From positions 6,053-70,052 of IMG/VR virus record IMGVR_UViG_3300020048_000115: a DNA stretch of 64,000 bases. One strand, given 5' to 3'. This document shows positions 20,073 through 28,935 of this stretch, piece by piece (position 1 is the stretch's first letter; every line of letters starts with the position of its first letter). Both the position numbers and the translations under genes were made by a program. Below the pieces are notes generated by a model. The model worked only from the letters and a program-made list of their open reading frames with translations. It ran no database searches and was not told the DNA's origin. The stretch is from a virus.

Positions 20073-21340
20073 AGCGCATAACGGATAGCATCAGCCATGT
20101 GAGAGTAGTCGTCATGCTTTGGACGCTCGCGCTGTAAACCCTCTTTGGTATCCCAACGATACTGGTCAAACACAGCTAAGGCATGTGTACAGTGTGGCGC
20201 TACTTTTATGCGGTTTTGAGCTACTAAAGTTTGAGTATACGCAATACCAGGTAAGACGTCTTTTTTAGCTTTAGTAGTTGCTAGGTCGTAGGTGTACGCT
20301 AAGTCCGACGCAAACTGTGCAGCAGCCGAGTCAATAAAGATTGTTTCGACGCCGTGTTTGGCACAAAGCTCATGAAATACTTTAGCATGTTCGGCTGTGG
20401 TTGTTTCATTTTTTAAGTACTCGTCTACAATCCAAAACACATCCGACTCGAAATCGTAGATAATTATTACAAATGCAGTATAATCTCTGTAGCCAGGGTC
20501 ACAGCCAGCAATGGCTTCACCACGTAAACCTTCCGGAGGTTCACAAATGTCAGACACAGCTAGTGAGTAAATTTGACCCTCAAACACTGTAAACGACGCT
20601 AAATACTCTTGTTCGAATTCAGCGCGTGACATGCTACGGCGGGCTTCCGACACATCGGATTCTGACATACGAGTGTTTTCAGTATAGTCAGCCTGCATTG
20701 AAACCCACTCTGGAAAGTTGTTATCAAATCCACGATCCCAGAATTGAGAGAACCAGTTGTTGCGACCACGAGGTGTGGAAATAAATATGGCTTTGGCAGT
20801 GGGTTTGTCCAGGGTAGGTCTTAACGCAACGTTAAATGCCGCCTCACCGTCTTCGCCTAATGCGGCCTCGTCGAATATGATTAGGTCGTAGCTACGACCA
20901 ACACACGAGTCTACTGTGGATAACGAACCCATGCGAATAGTCGAGCCGTTTGATAGCTCAATAATTTTATCCTTTAAGTTATCGCGTGTGACTTCGAGAT
21001 CAAAGTGCTTGATTAGTTTACGTTGTAGTTCAAAACTAATACCCGATAAGTTGTAGTTCGGCGACATGATTAGTACATTAGACCCAGGTACTAGTGAAAC
21101 CAACTGCCCAACAACATTGGCGATATAAGTTTTGCCGAGTCTGCGAGCTAGTGCAGCGCAGACGAATCGGTATTTAGGGTCGTTGACAGCATTAATTAAA
21201 GCGATTTGGGGTCGGTTGATAGTATCGTAGATGCCTAGCAACTTAAGATAATTTGTGATCGGTAATTTAATAAATCTTTTGCTGGCGTCAAACTCCTCAA
21301 TTACATCACAGTTGACATCCGGACGTGAAATAGTTAACAT
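20054..21340 (-). CDS. terL: terminase large subunit (428 aa)
   Basis: Walker A AALARRLGKT and Walker B LIIFDEAA, followed by a C-terminal nuclease-like region. Confidence 0.85.
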   Translation of the reverse strand: MLTISRPDVNCDVIEEFDASKRFIKLPITNYLKLLGIYDTINRPQIALINAVNDPKYRFVCAALARRLGKTYIANVVGQLVSLVPGSNVLIMSPNYNLSGISFELQRKLIKHFDLEVTRDNLKDKIIELSNGSTIRMGSLSTVDSCVGRSYDLIIFDEAALGEDGEAAFNVALRPTLDKPTAKAIFISTPRGRNNWFSQFWDRGFDNNFPEWVSMQADYTENTRMSESDVSEARRSMSRAEFEQEYLASFTVFEGQIYSLAVSDICEPPEGLRGEAIAGCDPGYRDYTAFVIIIYDFESDVFWIVDEYLKNETTTAEHAKVFHELCAKHGVETIFIDSAAAQFASDLAYTYDLATTKAKKDVLPGIAYTQTLVAQNRIKVAPHCTHALAVFDQYRWDTKEGLQRERPKHDDYSHMADAIRYALYTYTL

Positions 21341-21813
21341 TAAACACCGTCTCCAGAGATAAGTCGAGAAATTAAACTCGAGTACTTCGACCCGTCTAGT
21401 CCCTCGTTGATTTGTACGTTGACTTGTTTTGATGGTGCTGTACCGGCCCGGAGCTTTTCCAGCTGAATTTCACGGTCTAGTAAGTCCATTGACATTTTAT
21501 GACTTAGTGAGAGTAATTCCGAAATATCCTTGGTTGACCCAGCTTGAGCTTCTTCGAGTTCAGTGAACTTTTGCTTGATTAAGGCGTCCATGGCCTTGCG
21601 CATTAAAAAGCGGTTATTGTAGCCGGTGTCCATAAACACTGCATCTACATACGCCTTGACTTCGCGACGTTTTAAGATCTCGGTGACAACTTCCACACTT
21701 AAATCCAGTTCATCCGCAACTTTACGTGGATCGTTGAGCTGCAGGTAGCAATTGGCTACTTCTAGGGATTCCGGTGCAATTTGTATGGTTTCTGCGGGTA
21801 GGTTTTGGGTCAT
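21340..21813 (-). CDS. terminase small subunit candidate (157 aa)
   Basis: Lies immediately upstream of terL and overlaps it by 1 nt. Reiterated direct repeats upstream. Confidence 0.45.
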   Translation of the reverse strand: MTQNLPAETIQIAPESLEVANCYLQLNDPRKVADELDLSVEVVTEILKRREVKAYVDAVFMDTGYNNRFLMRKAMDALIKQKFTELEEAQAGSTKDISELLSLSHKMSMDLLDREIQLEKLRAGTAPSKQVNVQINEGLDGSKYSSLISRLISGDGV

Positions 21814-21844
21814 AGATTAATCCTGTTTTGGTGATTATATCATG

Positions 21845-21940
21845 GGTGGTGTTATTGTGCAAGTGTGATTTTTTTGTGGGGTTTGGGTAAGTTGATGCAT
21901 GGTTGTGTGTGGTTGTGGTGGTGGTTAATGCGTGGGTCGG
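21845..21940. other. about 95-nt tract that is G+T-rich on the plus strand (C+A-rich for the minus operon), with several G-runs
   Basis: gggtggtgttattgtgcaagtgtgatttttttgtggggtttgggtaagttgatgcatggttgtgtgtggttgtggtggtggtt. Almost no C/A. Confidence 0.5.
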
Positions 21941-21943
21941 AAC

Positions 21944-22058
21944 TAAGTTTGTTGAGATTTTCTTTAAATAGGCCCATTGTGGCTACACCGTCTGTTACTG
22001 TAGTTTAGGGTCGGTTACGGCACCGAAAGTTTTGTTGAGATTTTCTTTAAATAGGCCG
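21944..22058. repeat. two 30-bp direct repeats (AAGTTTGTTGAGATTTTCTTTAAATAGGCC) 84 bp apart, upstream of terS
   Basis: Copy 1 at 21944-21973, copy 2 at 22028-22058. Each is followed by a gtgggt(c/g)gg box. Confidence 0.6.
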
Positions 22059-22170
22059 CGTGTGGGTGGGTCCATAGGCTTGTATGAAACCTATAGTCTA
22101 CTAACCGCCCTAGTCTTGTGAACCAAGGTATACATAGGGTAAACACCTAGTAAATAATTGTAGACAACCT

Positions 22171-22197
22171 ATAAATTTTGGGTATAATGGATTCATG
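22171..22197 (+). promoter_or_regulatory. early promoter, TGGGTATAAT -10 with ATG 7 nt downstream (leaderless type)
   Basis: tttTGGGTATAATggattcATG. Candidate -35 TAGACA. Confidence 0.5.
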
Positions 22198-22413
22198 ACA
22201 ACGAAAGACACTATGACAATATCTCTGCTGACCTCTTGCCTTGCCCGTTCACTCATCGAGCGTGAGCTGGACTGCTACAAATCTAACATGCGTCGCAAAT
22301 GCTATGACCATGACGTTAGCGTCAAGGCTGACGTTGCTCAGATCATTGAGAACTTAGAATTTGCTCTTGATGAAATCGAAGCTATCCGGTCTGAAAAAAT
22401 CTCTAACCTGTGA
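22195..22413 (+). CDS. early small protein (72 aa)
   Basis: ATG 7 nt after a TGGGTATAAT -10 element. Cys-containing. Confidence 0.5.
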   Translation: MTTKDTMTISLLTSCLARSLIERELDCYKSNMRRKCYDHDVSVKADVAQIIENLEFALDEIEAIRSEKISNL

Positions 22414-22425
22414 TATAATTGCATC

Positions 22426-22659
22426 ATGAACACACTCACTCTCTCTTTCCAAGACTTGAACATCAAGCCCCAAGACTTCAACGCCCAGACCTTTTCAATG
22501 GCACGCGCTGAGATCATCAATAAAGCCTGCGACACTATCATGCATTTTTATTTCACTGATGAGGATGAAATGGAATGCTTGTTTAATGTTGCTGATGCCC
22601 ATGTTGACATGGTGTTGCAAACTGTTACAATTAAAACTGCTGCTTACGATACACACTAA
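22426..22659 (+). CDS. early small protein (77 aa)
   Basis: ATG 6 nt after a TATAAT element. Confidence 0.5.
   Translation: MNTLTLSFQDLNIKPQDFNAQTFSMARAEIINKACDTIMHFYFTDEDEMECLFNVADAHVDMVLQTVTIKTAAYDTH
22598..22627 (+). promoter_or_regulatory. TTGACA-16-TACAAT promoter, copy 1 of an about 65-bp duplication
   Basis: ttgacatggtgttgcaaactgttacaatt. The same element recurs at 22823-22852. Confidence 0.45.
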
Positions 22660-22660
22660 C

Positions 22661-22813
22661 ATGATTAATTTTCTTTTCAAAGAGCGTATTGAAGTAGGTA
22701 CATACGGGTTTACCTCTTATCGTGTAATATATTTCTTTATTTTTCCCGGTATGCCTATCGCTTTTGTTGCTTATCTATTTGTTGTGGGCTGTATCGGTGT
22801 AGGTTGTAAATAA
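22661..22813 (+). CDS. small hydrophobic peptide (50 aa; MINFLFKERIEV...)
   Basis: In-frame internal start of track ORF 22559..22813. Lies downstream of a TTGACA-16-TACAAT promoter copy at 22598-22627. Confidence 0.4.
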   Translation: MINFLFKERIEVGTYGFTSYRVIYFFIFPGMPIAFVAYLFVVGCIGVGCK

Positions 22814-22822
22814 TTAAAGGGT

Positions 22823-22852
22823 TGACATGGTGTTGCAAACTGTTACAATTGA
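22823..22852 (+). promoter_or_regulatory. TTGACA-16-TACAAT promoter, copy 2
   Basis: About 65-bp direct repeat of 22598-22665 with 8 mismatches. Confidence 0.45.
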
Positions 22853-22967
22853 GACTTCAGCTTACGCTACACATTAACATGATTACATTACGCGAAATCA
22901 TCGAGGCGGTTATTCTTGCCGCACTTATTGCTTCTCCCTTTATTGTTTACTTTTGGAACATGAAACC

Positions 22968-23162
22968 ATGAAATACATTTATCTTGAAGGTGCATATGGT
23001 CGCACATATGACAACGGTTGGCAGGCTGAGGCTGATTGGCTAGCGGGTAAGGACTTTAAGATTGTGGATGGCCCTTACTGTAGCATCCGTGATGCTGAGG
23101 CCCTTAAAGAATTGGGTATGATCTGGTTTATGACTAGAGCAATGGACGAATTAGCAATGTAA
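22968..23162 (+). CDS. early protein (64 aa; MKYIYLEGAYGRTYDNGWQ...)
   Basis: In-frame start inside track ORF 22953..23162. A second copy of the duplicated promoter lies upstream. Confidence 0.45.
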   Translation: MKYIYLEGAYGRTYDNGWQAEADWLAGKDFKIVDGPYCSIRDAEALKELGMIWFMTRAMDELAM

Positions 23163-23260
23163 ACTTTTGTTTTCAAATGCAAACCATTGTAATACTTTGG
23201 TTTGCGGCCGCGCCGATTATACCATGTATAATCGCCCCGTGTCAAGGGGTTTTCTCACTT
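23163..23260 (+). repeat. early intergenic cassette copy 1 (hairpin + 21-bp palindrome + GTGTCAAGG box)
   Basis: Hairpin caaacca-ttgtaatactt-tggtttg. Perfect palindrome cgattataccatgtataatcg (23219-23239), then ccgtgtcaagggg. Confidence 0.6.
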
Positions 23261-23327
23261 ATTTTATAGGTGTTTACCCCTAGAAAATAGTTGTTGACGC
23301 TAGGCTAAATCGCGGTATAATAGACTC

Positions 23328-23456
23328 ATGAACACACAATACACTACTAAACAAATCGCAGAATTCATGGCCTTTGCTACTCGCCATGAGTTGCGCTTTA
23401 ACAACACTACAGAATTTAATTCTGCTATTCGTCAATTCTTTATGGTATAATTGATT
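23328..23456 (+). CDS. small protein (42 aa)
   Basis: ATG 6 nt after TATAAT (cggTATAATagactcATG). Confidence 0.4.
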
Positions 23457-23547
23457 TATCAAAACGAAAGGCTCTTATGAGTTTACTGTGCAACCGGATG
23501 CACAATTTAATCCGGTATGTTTCCCCTTAACTTTTTAGGATTTCCCC

Positions 23548-23871
23548 ATGACTACAAAAACCGTGAATTACACCCCTGAGCAAACCTTGAAAATGGTTGC
23601 TGACTATCAATCCGGTGTAACTGTTGAATCTATTGCTGAGGCATTGGGTAAAACTGTTCGCTCTGTTGTTGCTAAACTTTCGCGTGAGAAAGTTTATCAA
23701 GCCAAGACTTATAAAACTAAATCCGGTGATGCGGTAGTTAAAAAAGATGAGTTTGCCGATTATATCGCGCAAGCTCTTAGCCTGAGCGAGAATGATGCGG
23801 AATCACTCACCAAAGCTAATAAGACTGCACTCGCTAAGATTGTGGATTTTATCAAGGCTGAGAAAATGTAA
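23548..23871 (+). CDS. small HTH protein, paralog family A (107 aa)
   Basis: Motif VESIAEALGKTVRSVVAKLSREKVY. One of several paralogs. Terminator follows. Confidence 0.6.
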   Translation: MTTKTVNYTPEQTLKMVADYQSGVTVESIAEALGKTVRSVVAKLSREKVYQAKTYKTKSGDAVVKKDEFADYIAQALSLSENDAESLTKANKTALAKIVDFIKAEKM

Positions 23872-23872
23872 G

Positions 23873-23902
23873 CACTGCAAGGGCGCAAGCCCTTGCTTTT
23901 AT
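23873..23902 (+). terminator. intrinsic terminator
   Basis: gcaagggc-gcaa-gcccttgc, followed by TTTTAT. Confidence 0.55.
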
Positions 23903-24010
23903 ATTAATTAAAAGGATTAAAAATGTCTACTCTGTCTTTATTGTTGGTTTTTGTTGGGTTTCTTGTTATTGTTGCGTTTAAGATGTGGCTTGTAACAAAA
24001 ACTGGCAAAT

Positions 24011-24110
24011 AAACTTTTGTTTGCAATGAAAACCACTGTAATACTTTGGTTTTCAAACGCGCCAATTATACCATGTATAATTGGGCCATGTCAAGGGTTT
24101 TTGCATTTAT
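24011..24110 (+). repeat. early intergenic cassette copy 2
   Basis: Same hairpin. Palindrome ccaattataccatgtataattgg (24063-24085), then ccatgtcaaggg. Confidence 0.6.
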
Positions 24111-24172
24111 TTATTTATGTTGTATTTTTGCACTGACGCGGTTTTTCTGTAAAAATTGGGTATAATCTATAC

Positions 24173-24412
24173 ATGAACACAAAATACACTCTCAAAGATG
24201 CTGAAAAGCTGGTTTCTTGGCTTGGCACTGTGACTTCAATTGTAGGCGCTTTTATGGTTGCTTCGCAAGTTATCTTTTTTGGATATATTGCTTTTATCGT
24301 GGGTTCTGTATCATGGTTAATTGTCGGAATTACTAAAAAAGACAAGCCGCTGATTGTATTAAATGGAACTTTCTTTTTGGCTAACTTATTGGGTTTATAT
24401 AATGTTCTTTGA
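24173..24412 (+). CDS. small membrane protein (79 aa, 2 TM)
   Basis: Leaderless-type start 7 nt after TGGGTATAAT. Hydrophobic. Confidence 0.5.
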   Translation: MNTKYTLKDAEKLVSWLGTVTSIVGAFMVASQVIFFGYIAFIVGSVSWLIVGITKKDKPLIVLNGTFFLANLLGLYNVL

Positions 24413-24483
24413 GATTATTAAATTTGTGTTTTATACTCCACTGGTGGCACTGGTGGCTTTGATTACTTTTATACTGGAATAAT

Positions 24484-24678
24484 ATGACTAATAAAACTTT
24501 TCTTGAGAATCTGCAAACTGAATTGTGGGATATGTACAAAGATGTTAATAATCAGCGGCCGCGTCATTGGACATTGGAACAATGGGATTCTATTGAGTTT
24601 TTAGAAACTCAGCGCGAGTTACTGCTTAATATATTAAATGCAAAAACATTTAATAACTGGACTGTTATAGAATCATGA
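24484..24678 (+). CDS. hypothetical protein (64 aa)
   Basis: ORF translationally coupled to the next gene by ATGA overlap. Confidence 0.4.
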   Translation: MTNKTFLENLQTELWDMYKDVNNQRPRHWTLEQWDSIEFLETQRELLLNILNAKTFNNWTVIES

Positions 24679-25034
24679 TTAAATCCGCTACTGTTAGATT
24701 ATTCGAGAATATCCTGCGAGATGAATTCAAACTAAAATCTACAATACATATTAATAAATGTCGAGTTATTCGTTATGATGGTGATTCTTGTTTTGGTGAT
24801 TATCGAGGTGAATCTATTGGTCGTGGTAAATTCATGCACAAAATCAGAATTGCCACTAGTGAAGTGAAATCAGATACTGATTTATTTGCTACTCTCGCGC
24901 ATGAATATGTTCATGCTTGGCAAATGGAAAAACTGTTCGATTTAAACCATGATACTAAATCAGGGTTTACAAATTGGAAAAATTATTTCAAAACATATTA
25001 TCAAATTGATATTGAATCTATGCAGCCGGACTGA
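24675..25034 (+). CDS. SprT-like HExxH metalloprotease-domain protein (119 aa)
   Basis: LAHEYVHAWQ motif. Paralog of 26348..26728. Confidence 0.5.
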   Translation: MIKSATVRLFENILRDEFKLKSTIHINKCRVIRYDGDSCFGDYRGESIGRGKFMHKIRIATSEVKSDTDLFATLAHEYVHAWQMEKLFDLNHDTKSGFTNWKNYFKTYYQIDIESMQPD

Positions 25035-25135
25035 ATACTTTTGTTTTCAGCCCCAAACAAAACTAATACTTTTGTTTGCGCCAAATTATACCATATAATT
25101 TGCGTTTGTGTCAAGGATTTTTTACTAGGGGTTTT
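25035..25135 (+). repeat. early intergenic cassette copy 3
   Basis: Palindrome caaattataccatataatttg (25072-25092), gtgtcaagga, then ttttcacctatgttgtatttttgcac. Confidence 0.6.
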
Positions 25136-25218
25136 CACCTATGTTGTATTTTTGCACGGATGGTTTTTTGTGCGGTTTTTGGGTATAATCTACTCATACA
25201 CTATGAAAGGCTTTCAAA

Positions 25219-25695
25219 ATGGCAAAAATTTCCCGCGTTAGTATTTATGATATGGACGGTACAATTGTTTGCAGTATGCATCGATACAAAACTATTATTG
25301 ATAATAATGGCGAAAGAATTGATTTGCAATATTGGCGCGAAAATGAGTATCGCGCAATGGATGATGAATTATTGCCATTGGCTGAACAATATAGGGCTGA
25401 TTTGAATGATGAAAACTGTTATGTTATTATTGCTACTGCCCGTGTTTTGCATACCGCTGATAATACATTTATTGCTGACATACTCGGCGAGCCTGATTAT
25501 ATTATTTCCCGCGCTGACGGCGATACTAGCTCAGGCGGTAAATTGAAAATTGCGGGTTTGGCTAAGTTTTTTAATCTAGTTACTTTTCGTGATGCAGAGT
25601 TTACATTTTATGAGGATAATACTACATACTTGAAAGCGGTTTGTGACCGATTCAATATTCGTGGGGTATATGTTCCTTCAAAGCAAGGCCATTAA
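25219..25695 (+). CDS. HAD-superfamily phosphatase (158 aa)
   Basis: HAD motif I, IYDMDGTIV, at the N-terminus. Confidence 0.6.
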   Translation: MAKISRVSIYDMDGTIVCSMHRYKTIIDNNGERIDLQYWRENEYRAMDDELLPLAEQYRADLNDENCYVIIATARVLHTADNTFIADILGEPDYIISRADGDTSSGGKLKIAGLAKFFNLVTFRDAEFTFYEDNTTYLKAVCDRFNIRGVYVPSKQGH

Positions 25696-25778
25696 ATGTT
25701 ATACTATATCCAGCTTTTTATTTTAAGTTATCTATTAGGCGGGTTTATTGGATTTATTTTTAGTTATTGAAAAATAAA

Positions 25779-25803
25779 TTCAAAAAATAATAACCCTTCG
25801 GGG
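25779..25803 (+). terminator. intrinsic terminator (ataacccttcggggttat)
   Basis: GC hairpin with a TTCG loop and a T-run. The same hairpin recurs at 27487-27510. Confidence 0.55.
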
Positions 25804-25826
25804 TTATTTAATAAAATTATATATAT

Positions 25827-26081
25827 ATGGATAAAATAGGCTGGATTGGTTCTTTATTGTTGGCATTATGTGCCGTACCGCAAGCAATAGAATCATATAA
25901 AACAAAATCATCGGCGGGTTTAACATGGGGATTTATTTCCATGTGGTTTGTGGGCGAGATTTGCACTTTTATTTATATTATACCTAAAATGGATTTTCCC
26001 TTATTAGTTAACTATGGCGCAAATATTTGTTTCTTGACAGTTATTATATATTATAAAATTAATCCGAAAAAACCCCTGTAA
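25827..26081 (+). CDS. semiSWEET-like PQ-loop membrane protein (84 aa, 3 TM)
   Basis: GWIGSLLLALCAVPQAIESYKTKS ... IIYYKINP resembles bacterial semiSWEET / PQ-loop proteins. Paralog of 28543..28788. Confidence 0.5.
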   Translation: MDKIGWIGSLLLALCAVPQAIESYKTKSSAGLTWGFISMWFVGEICTFIYIIPKMDFPLLVNYGANICFLTVIIYYKINPKKPL

Positions 26082-26175
26082 TACTTTGGTTTGCGAACAA
26101 AAGTACTTTGTAGTACTTTTGGCGCCAAAATTATACCATATAATTTTGGCCCCTGTCAAGCGGTATTTGCGTTTA
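26078..26175 (+). repeat. early intergenic cassette copy 4
   Basis: Perfect 25-bp palindrome ccaaaattataccatataattttgg (26125-26149), then cctgtcaagcgg. Confidence 0.65.
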
Positions 26176-26197
26176 TTTTCTAGGTGTTTACACCTAA

Positions 26198-26290
26198 AAC
26201 TTTTGTTTTCAAAAGCCCGAGCAAACGAATACCTTTGTTTGCGCCAAAATTATACCACACCCTGTAGAGTTTGTCTATAGGGGTTTACAC
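26198..26290 (+). repeat. early intergenic cassette copy 5 (half-palindrome variant)
   Basis: gcgccaaaattataccacac (half site only), then ggtttacacctatgttgtatttttgcac. Confidence 0.5.
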
Positions 26291-26347
26291 CTATGTTGTA
26301 TTTTTGCACACTTAACTTTTTCGCTGATTTATTGGTATAATAAACGC

Positions 26348-26728
26348 ATGGACAAAAAAGCACTATTAAAGCACATCAGGCTTGAAACTGTAATGATTTG
26401 GGATTCACTTTGTGAATTGTATACTCCTTTGGTTCACTATAATGAACCCAAGATAGAACTAAATCCTTACACTTGGCGCACTGCGGGAAGCTGTTTTCAA
26501 ACTGAAAATGTAATTCAATTGGGTTACAAATTTTTCAAAGCTAAAACAGAATACTTCAATTATATGATAGATGTAATTTTGCCGCATGAAATTATTCATC
26601 AGGCTGATTTTAATTTATTCGGAGAATCAGAAAAAATTTGCGGTCATGGTGAAAATTGGCAAAAAATCATGTTAGAATATGGGCTTGATGCTGACCCGTA
26701 TCACACAATGAAGATTTCTAGAAAATAA
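26348..26728 (+). CDS. SprT-like HExxH zinc metalloprotease-domain protein (126 aa)
   Basis: ILPHEIIHQ followed by CGHGENW. Confidence 0.5.
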   Translation: MDKKALLKHIRLETVMIWDSLCELYTPLVHYNEPKIELNPYTWRTAGSCFQTENVIQLGYKFFKAKTEYFNYMIDVILPHEIIHQADFNLFGESEKICGHGENWQKIMLEYGLDADPYHTMKISRK

Positions 26729-26785
26729 TTCGGGCATTTTGCTCAATATGCGAATTCCGGCATTATCCGGTAATAAGGTTTTATA

Positions 26786-27484
26786 ATGGCTAAAAAACAA
26801 TTCTTTTGTATTCTTGATACTGAAACTACTATTAATGATACTGTGGCGGATTTTGCCATGATTATCGTTGACCGCGAGGGTATTATTCATAATCAATGCG
26901 CGGTATTAGTTGCCGGTCATTATAATAACTTTGAGTTATTCCATGATAAAGCCGCGAATGATATTTGGGGTTATGAGGGTTTGAATAAACGCAAATTTAA
27001 TTATATTAATATGCTTGATTCTGGTACTCGCGTTCTCGCGTCAGTTAATGCAATTAATAAATGGATTAATCAAGCCATTGGTAAATATAACCCACAATTG
27101 ACGGCATATAATCTGGCATTTGATAAATCAAAATGCCTTAATACTGGTATTGATTTGTCGGGTTTTAATTCTGAATTTTGTTTGTGGCAAGCTGCCGTGG
27201 GTAATATCTGCAATAAAAAACAATATCGTCAGTTTGCCTTAGATAATCACGCATTTAATAAAGTTACTGGTGCGGGTAATATGACTTTTCAAACTAATGC
27301 TGAGATTGTATGCGGTTTTATTAATGGTGAATTTATTAAAGAGCCACATACTGCCCTAGAAGATGCGCGAGATTTTGAATTGCCTATTCTCAAAGCTATT
27401 ATTAAAAAGCGAGATTGGAAAGATAATATCAAGCCTTATAACTGGCGCGACTTTCAAACTAAAGATTGGTTTGCCGCTAAATAA
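26786..27484 (+). CDS. DnaQ-like 3-prime to 5-prime exonuclease (DEDDh), 232 aa
   Basis: Exo I motif ILDTETT, Exo II YNLAFD, Exo III HTALEDARD. Confidence 0.7.
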   Translation: MAKKQFFCILDTETTINDTVADFAMIIVDREGIIHNQCAVLVAGHYNNFELFHDKAANDIWGYEGLNKRKFNYINMLDSGTRVLASVNAINKWINQAIGKYNPQLTAYNLAFDKSKCLNTGIDLSGFNSEFCLWQAAVGNICNKKQYRQFALDNHAFNKVTGAGNMTFQTNAEIVCGFINGEFIKEPHTALEDARDFELPILKAIIKKRDWKDNIKPYNWRDFQTKDWFAAK

Positions 27485-27486
27485 AT

Positions 27487-27512
27487 AATAACCCTTCGGG
27501 GTTATTATTAAT
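27487..27512 (+). terminator. intrinsic terminator (duplicate of 25779)
   Basis: aataacccttcggggttatt. Confidence 0.55.
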
Positions 27513-27705
27513 AATTTATGAAATCACTTTATATTATAGCCCTAGTTTTGCACTTACTAGATGATAAGCGTCTAGATACTGTGGCAGATACTAGATTTAC
27601 TTACTTTGATACTACGATTGGCGCATTATATGATTAAACAAGTTTATTATATGCTTTTGATTCTCATTATTGAGATTCTAGTATATCAGAGTATTATTAG
27701 GTGAT

Positions 27706-27810
27706 GTAATACTTGAGTTTGCAAACAAAAGTACGATGTAGTACTTTTGTTTGCGCCAATATTATAACATATAATATTGGGCCGTGTCAAGCATTATTTG
27801 CTAGGTGTTT
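27706..27810 (+). repeat. early intergenic cassette copy 6
   Basis: Perfect palindrome ccaatattataacatataatattgg (27755-27779), then ccgtgtcaagca. Confidence 0.65.
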
Positions 27811-27819
27811 TCCCTTAGA

Positions 27820-27915
27820 ACCTTGGTTCTCAAGGTCTGGCGCAAACGAATACCTTTGTTTGCGCCAAAATTATACCACACGGCGCGCAGGCTGTCAATA
27901 GGGGTTTGCCCCTAT
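27820..27915 (+). repeat. early intergenic cassette copy 7 (half-palindrome variant)
   Basis: gcgccaaaattataccacacggcgcg, then ggtttgcccctatgttgtattttcacac. Confidence 0.5.
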
Positions 27916-28018
27916 GTTGTATTTTCACACAAATAAAAAATAACTTGTTTTTGCTGGGTTTTTCCCTTATAATAGACTCATGGCAGGCAATAGGGCAGGC
28001 CAGAAAAAAGGAAAATTT

Positions 28019-28345
28019 ATGACTAGCAAAACTGTCAATTATACCCCAGAGCAAACCCTGAAAATGGTTTCCGATTATCAATCCGGTGCGACTGTGGAAA
28101 CCATCGCTGAAAACATGGGCAAAACTGTCCGTTCGGTTGTGGCGAAATTGTCACGCGAAAAAGTTTATGTGGCAAAATCTTATGTAACCAAAACGGGCGC
28201 ACCCGTGGTTAAAAAAGACGCGCACGCTGACGCAATCGCGGCAATTTTGGGCCTGAGCGAAGCCGAAGCCGATTCACTGACAAAAGCGAATAAAACCGCA
28301 CTAGAGAAAATTTTCTCTGCGCTGGCGAATTCTCGCCCAATCTGA
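28019..28345 (+). CDS. small HTH protein, paralog family A (108 aa)
   Basis: MTSKTVNYTPEQTLKMVSDYQSG ... AKLSREKVY. In-frame start inside track ORF 27980..28345. Confidence 0.6.
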   Translation: MTSKTVNYTPEQTLKMVSDYQSGATVETIAENMGKTVRSVVAKLSREKVYVAKSYVTKTGAPVVKKDAHADAIAAILGLSEAEADSLTKANKTALEKIFSALANSRPI

Positions 28346-28542
28346 CACAATAGGGCGAAAGCCCTATTATCTGAATATTATCTAAGTAAATTCCCCGAAC
28401 TTGCGGAAAATGTTTAATTACAAATTACTGTCTTTATTAGGGAAAAACCTTTAATATTCAGATAATAGGATTTTTATTATGATTAAAGCTGGACGAATTA
28501 CTTTCAAGTAAGATTTAATATAGATATTGTAAGGATAGTATA

Positions 28543-28788
28543 ATGGAATATATCGGCTGGATTGGCTCAATACTATTTGCAGCCTGTGGAATACCACAGG
28601 CTTATGAATCATATAATAAGGGTAATTCAAATGGCCTTACTTGGGCGTTTCTATTAATGTGGTTTTTTGGTGAGGTTTTAACCTTAATTTATATTATCCC
28701 CAAACTAGATTATCCGCTATTATTTAATTACTCTTGTAATCTAATATGTCTGCTTATTATCTTGAGATATAAAATTAAGCCGCGATAA
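28543..28788 (+). CDS. semiSWEET-like PQ-loop membrane protein (81 aa)
   Basis: GWIGSILFAACGIPQAYESYNKG ... ILRYKIKP. Paralog of 25827..26081. Confidence 0.5.
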   Translation: MEYIGWIGSILFAACGIPQAYESYNKGNSNGLTWAFLLMWFFGEVLTLIYIIPKLDYPLLFNYSCNLICLLIILRYKIKPR

Positions 28789-28797
28789 TATATAATA

Positions 28798-28822
28798 ACC
28801 CGCTTCGGCGGGTTTTATACTA
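28798..28822 (+). terminator. intrinsic terminator
   Basis: aacccgc-ttcg-gcgggtttt. Confidence 0.55.
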
Positions 28823-28823
28823 T

Positions 28824-28935
28824 GTAATACTTGAGTTTTCAACTCGAAACGAAAAGTAGTACTTTCGTTTGCGCCAAAATTATACCATAATTTTGGCATC
28901 GGTGTCAAGGATTATTTGCTAGGTGTTTACACTTA
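28824..28935 (+). repeat. early intergenic cassette copy 8
   Basis: Palindrome ccaaaattataccataattttgg (28874-28896), ggtgtcaagga, then ggtgtttacacttatgttgtttttacgcac. Confidence 0.6.
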
